Of a stretch of 64,000 bases of DNA, positions 46,844 to 57,121 are shown in pieces. The position numbers and the translations under genes were made by a program. Origin of the DNA: Acidimicrobiia bacterium (lineage in GTDB: Bacteria; Actinomycetota; Acidimicrobiia; Spongiisociales; ZC4RG35); the NCBI GenBank assembly GCA_965203555.1, contig CBDBCY010000004.1, positions 2,656,001-2,720,000 on the forward strand. Direction: 5' to 3'. Below the pieces are notes generated by a model. That model was not told the origin of the DNA. It was given only the letters and a program-made list of their open reading frames with translations, and did no database searches. The first letter of the stretch is position 1. Every line of letters begins with the position of its first letter.

Positions 46844-48240
46844 TGAACTGACCCTGAGACATAAATCAATCCCTCAGCACCAGAATTTTTCACAACCCGT
46901 GCGGCGGAATCGACCAGAAGAGTGCACCTACTCACTATTCGGCGTCGTAGGAGCCAGACCAGATCAGGCCGCCGCTCCGGTGCCCGATCTTGTTCGCCGT
47001 GGCTTCACCGCCGCCCGTCCCGATCACAAATGGTGTTGGGACTTCAAACATGCTCCGCACCCAGGAAGGACCCGTCTACCTCGGCACGGTCGAGGACTCT
47101 TCTTGACTTCCTCCCGTATCGTGGAGCGATGCCTTTGGAGGAGGTTCTGATGCCTGAGGTACGAAGAAGATACGATCCGGAGTTCAAGTCCGGGGCGGTT
47201 CGGATTGTGTTGGAGACGGGGAAACCCATTGCCCGGGTCGCCCGGGGTCTTGGTATTCATGCGGGCACTTTGGGGAATTGGATGAAGGAGGAACGCTTGG
47301 GACGAGCCGACCTTGGGCAGCTGGACGAGAACAGCATGGCCGAGTTGATCCGCTTGCGGAAAGAGGTGGCCGAGGTTGCTGACGGAGGTGTGATGTGCTC
47401 AAGGGATCGGTGGTCTTGTGGGTCACCGAGCGCGACGCGATGAGCGTGGTGTCGCATGTCGCTGCCCAGGAGACCGACCATGGGGTTCCCCACGCAGCAA
47501 CTTGTCGGCTGCTGGGCATCAGCGAGTCGTGGTCTTTGCAAGTGGCGCAGCTGGCGTCCCACACCACCGAACGGCGCCGAGCAGAGCTGGATGTAAAGAT
47601 GCGGGTCGTGTTCGAAAGCGTCGGGAAGAAATCCTGCGGTTTACCCCGGTGGATGCGTTCGGTTGCGCGCCGACGGCGAAACGGTCTCGAAAAAGGACGG
47701 TCACCGCGTCCGTGCAGCGGCCAGGGCCTTGTTGGCACACCAGAAACGGCGTCGTAGAAACCAGACCGGATCAGTCAACCGCGCCGGCGCCTGATCTTGT
47801 TGCCGTGATTTCACCGCCACCTGCCCTGATCACAAGTGGTGCGGTGATTTCAAACACGCTCCGCGCCCAGGAAGGACCCGTCTACCTCGCCACGGTCAAG
47901 GACCTGTTCTCCCGGGCGCATGCTGGGGTTTGCTCTCGGTGACAAATACCCCTACCGCTGAACTGGCCCAGGCCAGTGTCAACATGGCCGTGGTCACCCG
48001 CGGAGGTGACGTACGGGGAGTGATCTTCCACACTGACCGGGGCAGCCAAACTCATCGCTGACGCGTTCGTCAAGGCCTGCACCCGGCTGGGGATCGTCCA
48101 GTCGATGGGAAGAGCAGCCGCGGCGTTGGACAACGCCGCGGCCGAGTCGTTTTCTCCACCCTGCAGATAGAACGCCTCGCCGACCGCCAGTACGCAACCA
48201 GAACCCAGGCCCGGCAGGACATTGCCAACCGGTACAACCA
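46844..48240 (+). mobile_element. Degenerate IS3-family element(s): orfA and frameshifted orfB plus a second orfB fragment
   Basis: IS3-like end TGAACTGACCC at 46844. orfA from 47150 (RRRYDPEFKSGAVRIV...VARGLGIHAGTLGNW). orfB motifs PDLV.R.F, W..DF, YLATV.D, FHTDRGSQ, DNAAAESFFSTL are broken by frameshifts and stops. Confidence 0.8.
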
Positions 48241-48409
48241 TGCGTGATGTGTTGGGGGTGTGACAGTACCGGTGGGCAGATAGCGGGTGTGTGGGCGGTT
48301 CAGAGTCTGGTGTTCAGAATGCTTCCAGAAACCCCTATTGGGGATGGGGGTGGATCAAGAATGGCAAAAACGGGCTGGCAGGAACCATAGAGACAGGACG
48401 CGGGTTCGG

Positions 48410-49634
48410 TCATTTTCTCTGTTTGATCGGGCGTCGGCGTGTGGATCGGCGGCGGTAGCGGTTGGGGGTACGGTGCCGTGGTCGCCAGGCGGTGCTTAAT
48501 GGGCGGCGGAGGGTGTATTCGCCGGTTGGGGTTTTGTGTACTGTCCAATCCTGGTCGTGTACTTTGTGGTGGCATCTGCTGCACAAAAGACACATGTTGT
48601 CCAGGTTCGTGGCACCCCCGTCTTGCCAGTGCACGATGTGATGGGCCTGGCACCAGGAGGCTTTGGCGCCGCACCCGATGCAGTGTTTGTCCCGGGCGAC
48701 CAGCGCGGCCCGTTGGGAACCGCTGGCCGTCCGCCGCGCCCGTCCCAAATCGAGGGGCACCGACGGTCCTGAGAAGATGGCGGGGAGGACTTGCGCGTCG
48801 CAGGCCAACTGTCGCAGGGTACGGGCGGGGAGGGGGGTTCCGTTCTCGAGGCGAGGGTTGCCCAACTGTTGGCTGATCGTGTCGTAGTCGGCGATCAGCA
48901 ACAGGCGCACGTCTTGGGAACGACCGTCTTTTCCTTTTCCTTGGCGGGTGACCAGTTCGGCTATGGCGTCGGCCATCCGCTGACCGGCAGTAGCCCGATC
49001 GGTGGGGTCTTCTTGGTGCCATAGTTGTTTCATCATGTGAGACACCGCCGTCTCGACCCGAGCACCCGTGATCGGATCGAAACGCCCATACAATACGGTC
49101 ATTCCGTCGTCTTGGTCGGTGGTGATCTTCGCATACCGGCGGGAACGCTGATGCTCCAACTTCGACACTCCATCATCCTCTGAACGTTGCTGTTCGTGTT
49201 TGCGTACCGTGCGGGCGAACTTGTCAGGAGACTGGGAACGGGCACCGTCCAACAACTCGTCCTCGACGATGGTTCCCCCTCTGCTTGGCGCCCGCCAAAA
49301 TACGCGCGTTGTCAGCAGAGATCTCTCCCTTGCGTAACCCTTCCCGGGTTTTGGGCAGTTCCTCCAACCCCCGGGCGGTCTCCACCTCAGACCGGGCCTT
49401 CCGACGGCCCAACAGCCCGTCCTCCCGCAATATCGTTTCCACCTTCTCCGTTCCCTGGCGGCGGCGCAACTCCGACACCGCCTGGGCGCGGACCGCCGCC
49501 ACTTGGTTCTGGACGCGGATGGTGGACCGGATACGCTGTTTCAGTTCTTCAACCGACGCATCCACGACCGGCATGGTGGGTGACAGCAACTTGGCCAGGT
49601 TGGCTGACCGTCTGCTGTTGACTGCTTGTTTCAT
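48410..49634 (-). pseudogene. DUF222/13E12-type HNH endonuclease gene with a frameshift in a G5 run (49275-49279)
   Basis: QRMADA, LACDA, LDLGRARR, QRAALVARD..CIGC, CQAHHIVHW.DGGATNLDN..LLCSRCHHKVH. Removing one G joins AKQRG to TIVEDELLDG. Confidence 0.85.
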
Positions 49635-49640
49635 GCTTAC

Positions 49641-49662
49641 AGTATGCACAGAGGGTGTGACA
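49641..49662 (-). promoter_or_regulatory. RecA-NDp/PafBC-type DNA-damage promoter of the HNH gene (leaderless)
   Basis: Minus strand TGTCAC-N10-CATACT-6 nt-ATG, matching the TGTC(R)x-N10-TAnnnT spacing. Confidence 0.55.
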
Positions 49663-49852
49663 AAACATCCCGCATATTGCTAAGTTGTGAAAACAAACAC
49701 TAAAATATTCGCAGCGTCCACCAAACGGCTGCCGAAAGACACCCGACCCACCGGGCACCGGCTGACAGAACCTCCCGGTCAGTTAAGACTCCTCGCTAAG
49801 CATCACCTCCGCCCTCATCCGCGACACCCCGCCCAGCATGAACACGCCTTAG

Positions 49853-50344
49853 TTAGGTGTGGGCCAAGCCCTCTACGACCGAGGCATTGGGAAGACGGCT
49901 CAGCACGCGGGGATCGGCGAAGATCTTGGCGGTGCGGCTTCCGGCGCCCAGCAGGACCTCTTCGCGTTCCATCACGGCCGAATCAATGAGTAGAGGAAGG
50001 TCTTCGGGCAGTCCGAAGGGATTGACCCCGCCTATCTCCATTCCGGTGACTTCTTTCGTGACCTCCGCCGAGGCGAAGGACAGTCGCGACACACCCATCA
50101 CCTTCTTGACGCGATGGTTGACGTCCAGCCGGGTGGTGGCCAGGAGCACGCAGGCCGCCAGTTTCCCCCGGGGTCGCTTGGACGCCACCAAGATGGTGTT
50201 GGCGGCGTCCTGCAAAGCGACCCCGTATTTGCGGCAATAGGGGAACGTGTCGGCGTAATCGGGATCACACTCCACCACCCGGAAGGGCAAACCGGTGGCC
50301 TGCAACGCGGTTGCGACCCTGGGAGGCAGGAGATCCAGACTCAT
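49853..50344 (-). CDS. YbaK/EbsC family aminoacyl-tRNA editing protein
   Basis: RLSFAS.E....TGMEIGGVNPFGL, LIDSAV, LGAGSR. Confidence 0.88.
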   Translation of the reverse strand: MSLDLLPPRVATALQATGLPFRVVECDPDYADTFPYCRKYGVALQDAANTILVASKRPRGKLAACVLLATTRLDVNHRVKKVMGVSRLSFASAEVTKEVTGMEIGGVNPFGLPEDLPLLIDSAVMEREEVLLGAGSRTAKIFADPRVLSRLPNASVVEGLAHT

Positions 50345-50346
50345 GC

Positions 50347-51738
<1,392 letters not shown>

Positions 51739-51855
51739 TCAGGACGACCGCGCCTGGCAAACTGCCCGAGGGCCGGTAGCCATTCGCATTCGATGACGAC
51801 CGCGCCAAACCCCCCACCGGGGGGTGGACTCGTAACTAACGGACAGATGTCTCAT
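51739..51855 (-). promoter_or_regulatory. Putative leader peptide (attenuator uORF) of metY, 38 aa
   Basis: MRHLSVSYESTPRWGVWRGRHRMRMATGPRAVCQARSS*. TATACT -10 box upstream; pyrimidine-rich tract between the uORF stop and the metY RBS. Confidence 0.6.
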
Positions 51856-51938
51856 AATGGCGAATCAGAGTATAAACAGGTCTTCGACAGTCTCCAATCC
51901 ATAATTTGATCTGCCCGGGAGACTGGGCGCCGCCGGGT

Positions 51939-53933
51939 TCAGACCTCCAAACTGTGCTTCAGGTCCGTGAGACTGCTGGTCGGGGCGTCGCAGGTGAAGC
52001 GGTGGCAGACGTAGGCGAGGGTTGTCCCAGGGGTCCCGCGATCCTTCAAAAGGGGGACTGCGCCGGAGTATCCGGCGCCGTCTGTCGCGGTGAAGGCCAC
52101 CACCAGTCCGGGCCGACCGCCGGTGGGAATCTCCCTGGCCCACCGCGCCGCCTCGGGACCCACCAGCGCCACCTCGCGGGGTCCGGCGTGGAGGGCCTGG
52201 GCCACCGCCAGGAGACTCCCGGTGGCCGACGAGGCTCGTTCCATCAGGAGGGCGCCGTCGCGGACCGCCTCTTCCGCCAGTGACCACCACTGGGTATCTC
52301 CCGTGTACTGGCCAAGCACCAGCAGCGCCTCGGCAGCCAACGAATTGCCCGACGGCGAAGGATTGTCCATCAGGTCCTTGGGGCGGGAGATAAGACGCTC
52401 GGCGTCGTCCCCGGTGGCAAAGAGTCCGCCGCCAGGATCCTGAAACAGGATGGGAATGGCCCGGGTGAGCGCGGCGGCCTCCCGGTACCACAGTTCCTCC
52501 CCCGTAGCCTGATACAGGGCGAACAGCCCGGTGGCCACCGCCCCGTAGTCCTCGAGATATCCGGGCCCCCCGCGGCGGCCCCTGGTCCAGACCCGGCACA
52601 GCCGCCCCGATCCATCTCGCATCTGCCCCAAAACGAACCGGGCGGCTGCCCGCGCCTCGGCAAGGTAGTCATCGCGGCCCAGAACAGTCCCGGCTTCGGA
52701 GAATGCGCGAATCGCCAACCCGTTCCACGCCGCCACCAGTTTGTAATCGAGCCCCGGGCGCACCCGAGCCGACCGGACTTGCAGCAGGCGTCGCCGGGCG
52801 GCCTGGACGGACGGGGGAGTGGGTGAGAGGGAATTGCGGCGGGTGAGGATGTTGGCGCCTTCGAAGTTTCCTTCGGCCGTGACCCCGAACCAGTCAGCCA
52901 CCTCCGGTCCGTCAACGGGTCCGGCGATCTCCATTATCTGCTGCCGGGACCACACGTAGAAGAGTCCCTCCACCCCTTCGGAATCGGCATCCTCGGCTGA
53001 GTAGAAGCCTCCCTGCGGGTTTCGCATGTCTCTGACCAGGTAGTCGAGGGTTTGGGCGGCTACCTCCAAGAAAGCCGGTTCCCCGAGGCGTTTGCCCGCC
53101 CACAGATAGATCCTGGCCAGGGTGGCGTTGTCATAGAGCATCTTCTCGAAGTGGGGGACCAACCACCTCTCATCCACCGAGTAACGGGCAAACCCTCCCC
53201 CCAACTGGTCATAGATCCCGCCGGCGGCCATTCGCTCCAGGGTCAGCCCCAACACCGAACCGGCCGTCTTGGCCCAAGGCTCATCCAACACGGCCACAAG
53301 AAACTCCAACAGCGGCTGTTGGGGGAATTTGGGGGCCCTGCCAAAACCGCCGTGCACCGGATCGAAGGAGGAGTGGATCCGCTGGTAGGCCTGTTCCAGA
53401 AGTTCGGCGCCGGGCAGATGCTCCCCGGACGGAATCCTGCGGCCGATCAGCGAAGACAGCTTGGTGGCCTGTTCCTCCACCTCTTCCGATTTTTCCAGCC
53501 AGGCCTTGGAAATGGCTTCCATGACCTGCCGGAAAGAGGGCATGCCCCCTCTCGGTTGGGGAGGGTAGTAGGTCCCGGCATAGAAGGGCTCCCCCTGCGG
53601 ATTCATGAAAACGGTCAGGGGCCAACCTCCCCTGCCGGTGAGCATCTGGCATGCCTCCATGTAGATGGCGTCGATGTCGGGTCGCTCCTCCCGGTCCACT
53701 TTGATGTTCACGAACAACCGGTTCATCATCTCGGCGGTGTTTTCATCTTCAAAGGACTCGTGGGCCATGACATGACACCAGTGACAAGCCGAATAGCCCA
53801 CCGACAACAACACCGGGACCTTCCTGGACCGGGCTTCTTCGAAAGCCCGGGGTCCCCACTCCCGCCAGTGCACGGGGTTGTCGGCGTGTTGTAGCAGGTA
53901 AGGCGAGGTGGAGGAGGAGAGTTGGTTGACCAT
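51939..53933 (-). CDS. Thioredoxin-domain / six-hairpin glycosidase-like protein (YyaL/DUF255)
   Basis: SPYLLQHADNPV.W, GYSACHWCHVMAHESF, KVDREERPD, PHFEKMLYDNA. Confidence 0.93.
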   Translation of the reverse strand: MVNQLSSSTSPYLLQHADNPVHWREWGPRAFEEARSRKVPVLLSVGYSACHWCHVMAHESFEDENTAEMMNRLFVNIKVDREERPDIDAIYMEACQMLTGRGGWPLTVFMNPQGEPFYAGTYYPPQPRGGMPSFRQVMEAISKAWLEKSEEVEEQATKLSSLIGRRIPSGEHLPGAELLEQAYQRIHSSFDPVHGGFGRAPKFPQQPLLEFLVAVLDEPWAKTAGSVLGLTLERMAAGGIYDQLGGGFARYSVDERWLVPHFEKMLYDNATLARIYLWAGKRLGEPAFLEVAAQTLDYLVRDMRNPQGGFYSAEDADSEGVEGLFYVWSRQQIMEIAGPVDGPEVADWFGVTAEGNFEGANILTRRNSLSPTPPSVQAARRRLLQVRSARVRPGLDYKLVAAWNGLAIRAFSEAGTVLGRDDYLAEARAAARFVLGQMRDGSGRLCRVWTRGRRGGPGYLEDYGAVATGLFALYQATGEELWYREAAALTRAIPILFQDPGGGLFATGDDAERLISRPKDLMDNPSPSGNSLAAEALLVLGQYTGDTQWWSLAEEAVRDGALLMERASSATGSLLAVAQALHAGPREVALVGPEAARWAREIPTGGRPGLVVAFTATDGAGYSGAVPLLKDRGTPGTTLAYVCHRFTCDAPTSSLTDLKHSLEV

Positions 53934-54054
53934 CCCGCTAGAGGATAAGATCAAGCGATCCCGGCGGAGATGAGATTCACCCACAGTGCTCCCCAGTTCT
54001 CGTAATATTCACCCTAATGAGGACGCCATCGACCGATTAGGCATCTATTTGGGG

Positions 54055-55989
54055 GTGCGCAAAGTCTCTCTGAAGAAGAAGCTGCTGATGGTGCCCGTCC
54101 TGGTGCTGGTGAGCGCGGTGCTGTGGAGCGGGAGTTTCCCCACCGTGGAAGGAGGCCGTCTCGGCATTGGTGGACCCCCGCCGGCCGTGGCGCAGGAGGC
54201 TGCGGATCCGAGGGCTGACGATCCTCTGCAACTGGTGCCCTTCGCCAACACTTCCCACCGGATATATTCATTGTCCGAGGATCTGTGGGAAGTTTGGGTG
54301 TGCAGGGTTCCCGGGTGGGACACCAGGGTTGAACTCGGAGAGGTAGTCGACTTTCTGAACACCACCGTGTCCTCCTACTTTCGGGAATTGTCAGACGGGA
54401 GATACCGGCCGGCTTTCCGGGCGGGTGGACGAGTGGAGAGCGAGGACGAGGTGGAGAGCGGTCCCGGATTGGAGGAGAGTGTTTTCGCTCCGGGCTGCTC
54501 CGAAGCGGTAAGGCGGCAGGCCATTGCGAGGCAGGAAGAGCGGAACCCCGAGGAGACCGGACCGGCCGGCGCCTTGATCGTGGTGGAATTCGAGGGTTAC
54601 CGGACCGGATACGGCACTTTTGGCAACCTGTGCCCCGAGATTTACCAGCCCGGCTGCGAACCGTCTTTTCCCGCCAACCGTCGGCTGGTGGTGGTGGGAG
54701 CGGGCGCGGTCGTCGCCCAGCCGCCGCTGGAGAACCCCTTCTGGTCGCTGGTGGTGCATGAAATGGGTCACGCCTTGGCATGGCCGCATTCCTACAGCGG
54801 CAAATTCTCGACCACCCGGCCGGGCGCCCTGGGTTTTTACGACAACCCGATGGACGTTATGAGCAATATTCCCCTAACCGCTCCCCAGGGGACCACGGTC
54901 TACAACCGCTATGCCTCGGGATGGGTTGATCCCTCCTCGGTCGAGGTCTACTGGGGCGGCAAACAGGTATACCGCCTCCACCAGGGAGGGGCCGCCCCGG
55001 GACTGGTGCAGATGGTGGTGATCCCCACCGGTGTCGTGGAGGGGCAGGTCACTGAAGAAGTCAATCCGGCGGGCGACGGTCTTTTCTACGTGCTGGGAGT
55101 GAGGAGACTGTCAGGGTTGGATTCGGGGGTGCCGAAGGTGGGGATCGAGGTTTACAAGATAGACCAGCGCCGGGAAGCCTGCGGGCCGAGCAGACGGTCG
55201 TGGCCGGACCATTGGCCCTGTTTCGCAGCGTGGACCCGGGTTGCTCAGGCTGTTCTCCCTGAGTTCTTCGGCGCGGTGGACCATGTGATATCCATTGATG
55301 AGCGGATCCAGTTGGGCAACACCAGGATCAGGGTGGTGAGCGCCGATGCGGCATCCTTCGAGGTGAGTATCGAAACACGCACCTCCGGCGCCTTTGTGGA
55401 TGATGACGGCCTGAGTCATGAGCCGGATATAGAGATGGTCGCATCTTTGGGGATCACCCGGGGCTGCGGGGTTCGGCTTTACTGTCCCGACCGGTCTGTG
55501 ACCAGGGCGGAAATGAGCGCGTTCCTGGTTCGGGCGCTCGGTGATTCACTGCCTCCGGTACAGGGAGAACTCGGCGCCGAGCCACCCTGGGACGGATTGA
55601 CCGGATCCGGTGATCAGGTGTTCTCCGACGTCTCGCCCCAGGACTGGTTCGCCTCCTCCGTTGAGCAACTGGCCGCGTGGAGAATCACACTCGGCTATGG
55701 GGACGGAACCTACCGTCCGCGGCAAGGCCTCACGCGGGGAGAGATGGCGCTGTTTCTGACCAGGGCTTTCAATATCTCCGTCACAGACCCAACCGGGATA
55801 TTCGATGATGTCGCTCCCGACGCCTATTACGCCAGCGCGACGGAAGCCCTCTACCGGCAGGGAATCACTTTGGGATGCAGGCCCGATCCCGAGGACAATC
55901 CCGACGACCTCTTCTACTGTCCTCAACAGGAGGTCACCCGCGCGCAGATGGCGTCTTTCCTGGCTCGGGCCATACGAATCACCCGGTGA
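54055..55989 (+). CDS. Secreted S-layer-homology-domain protein with zincin (HExxH) motif
   Basis: Signal peptide; HEMGHALAWPH..YDNPMDVMS; three C-terminal SLH repeats (GITRGC..YCPDRSVTRAEM, GYGDGTYRP..LTRGEMA, GITLGC..YCPQQEVTRAQMA). Confidence 0.8.
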   Translation: MRKVSLKKKLLMVPVLVLVSAVLWSGSFPTVEGGRLGIGGPPPAVAQEAADPRADDPLQLVPFANTSHRIYSLSEDLWEVWVCRVPGWDTRVELGEVVDFLNTTVSSYFRELSDGRYRPAFRAGGRVESEDEVESGPGLEESVFAPGCSEAVRRQAIARQEERNPEETGPAGALIVVEFEGYRTGYGTFGNLCPEIYQPGCEPSFPANRRLVVVGAGAVVAQPPLENPFWSLVVHEMGHALAWPHSYSGKFSTTRPGALGFYDNPMDVMSNIPLTAPQGTTVYNRYASGWVDPSSVEVYWGGKQVYRLHQGGAAPGLVQMVVIPTGVVEGQVTEEVNPAGDGLFYVLGVRRLSGLDSGVPKVGIEVYKIDQRREACGPSRRSWPDHWPCFAAWTRVAQAVLPEFFGAVDHVISIDERIQLGNTRIRVVSADAASFEVSIETRTSGAFVDDDGLSHEPDIEMVASLGITRGCGVRLYCPDRSVTRAEMSAFLVRALGDSLPPVQGELGAEPPWDGLTGSGDQVFSDVSPQDWFASSVEQLAAWRITLGYGDGTYRPRQGLTRGEMALFLTRAFNISVTDPTGIFDDVAPDAYYASATEALYRQGITLGCRPDPEDNPDDLFYCPQQEVTRAQMASFLARAIRITR

Positions 55990-56100
55990 CTTCTCCCGCA
56001 GACCTTGAGATAATGGACATGGAGCCTGGCATCCCGCCTTGGCCTAGCTCTTTATCATCACCGGCATCACTTGCATCCACCGACCAACAGAGGACCCCAT

Positions 56101-57060
56101 ATGGCAGTGCGTGAAAGATTCCTGGTAACCGGATCGGCAGGCTGCATCGGCTCGTGGGCCATGCATCTGTTGGATCGGGAGGGAGTGGAGGCGGTGGGCT
56201 TCGATCTTTCCACCGACCACCGGCGGCTGCGCCTTCTCACCGATCAGCAGGGCTCGATGAGGTTCCTGCAGGGCGACATAACCGATACCGAATCTGTCCT
56301 GGGAACAGTCGCCACCGAGCAAATAACCCACATAGTCCATCTCGCCGCTTTGCAGATACCCTTCTGCCAGGCAGATCCGATCGGCGGCGCCAGGGTGAAC
56401 GTGGTGGGCACGGTGAACATCCTGGAAGCGGCGCGTCGTTCAGGCGTAGCCGGTTTGTCCTATGCCAGTTCGGTGGCGGTTTACGGTCCACCCGAGTTGT
56501 ACCCGGACGGGGTAACCGACGACTCGCCCTTGGCGCCGAGCACCCTGTACGGAGCTTACAAGCAGGCCAACGAACGGTCGGCGAAGGTGTATGCGGCCGA
56601 CTATGGCGTCTCGTCGGTTTGTCTGCGCCCCTGCTCGGTGTACGGTCCGGGTCGGGATCAAGGCTTGACTTCGGCGCCCACGCAGGCGATGGTGGCGGCC
56701 GTGGCCGGGCGGCCCTACCACATCCCCTTCGGGGGAGGGTCGACCTTCCAGCATGCGGGGGAGGTTGCCCGGCTGTTCATCGCCGCCGCCCGAGCACAGG
56801 CGGAAGGCGCCCACGTCTACAACCTGGGCGGTCCCTCGGTCTCCATCGCCGAAGTGGTTTCTCTGATCAAAGCGGAAGTGCCCGGATGCGAGATTACGCA
56901 CGGCGATCAGCCGCTACCGCTGCCCGATTACTACGACGGAGCGGGCCTGGATCGCCTCCTGGGAGGCGTCGACTATCTCTCGATGGAGGAGGGCGTCACA
57001 AGTTCCATAAGTGCGTTCCACGAACTTTTGTCCGCAGGCCTGATCACACCCCCGGATTAA
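56101..57060 (+). CDS. NAD-dependent epimerase/dehydratase (extended SDR)
   Basis: TGSAGCIG, HLAA, SSVAVYG, YGAYK, VYGPG. Confidence 0.9.
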   Translation: MAVRERFLVTGSAGCIGSWAMHLLDREGVEAVGFDLSTDHRRLRLLTDQQGSMRFLQGDITDTESVLGTVATEQITHIVHLAALQIPFCQADPIGGARVNVVGTVNILEAARRSGVAGLSYASSVAVYGPPELYPDGVTDDSPLAPSTLYGAYKQANERSAKVYAADYGVSSVCLRPCSVYGPGRDQGLTSAPTQAMVAAVAGRPYHIPFGGGSTFQHAGEVARLFIAAARAQAEGAHVYNLGGPSVSIAEVVSLIKAEVPGCEITHGDQPLPLPDYYDGAGLDRLLGGVDYLSMEEGVTSSISAFHELLSAGLITPPD

Positions 57061-57064
57061 AGAA

Positions 57065-57100
57065 AGTTGGCGGGCGCCCCCGGGGGGACGCCCGCCAACT
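57065..57100. terminator. Intrinsic terminator hairpin between convergent genes
   Basis: AGTTGGCGGGCG...CGCCCGCCAACT 12-bp stem with an A-rich 5' flank. Confidence 0.75.
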
Positions 57101-57121
57101 GAAGTGGGTATGCGTCTGGTT

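Noticed and set aside
49270-49280. Programmed frameshift in the HNH gene
   Set aside because: A G5 run with no canonical slippery heptamer; more likely a mutation or sequencing indel.
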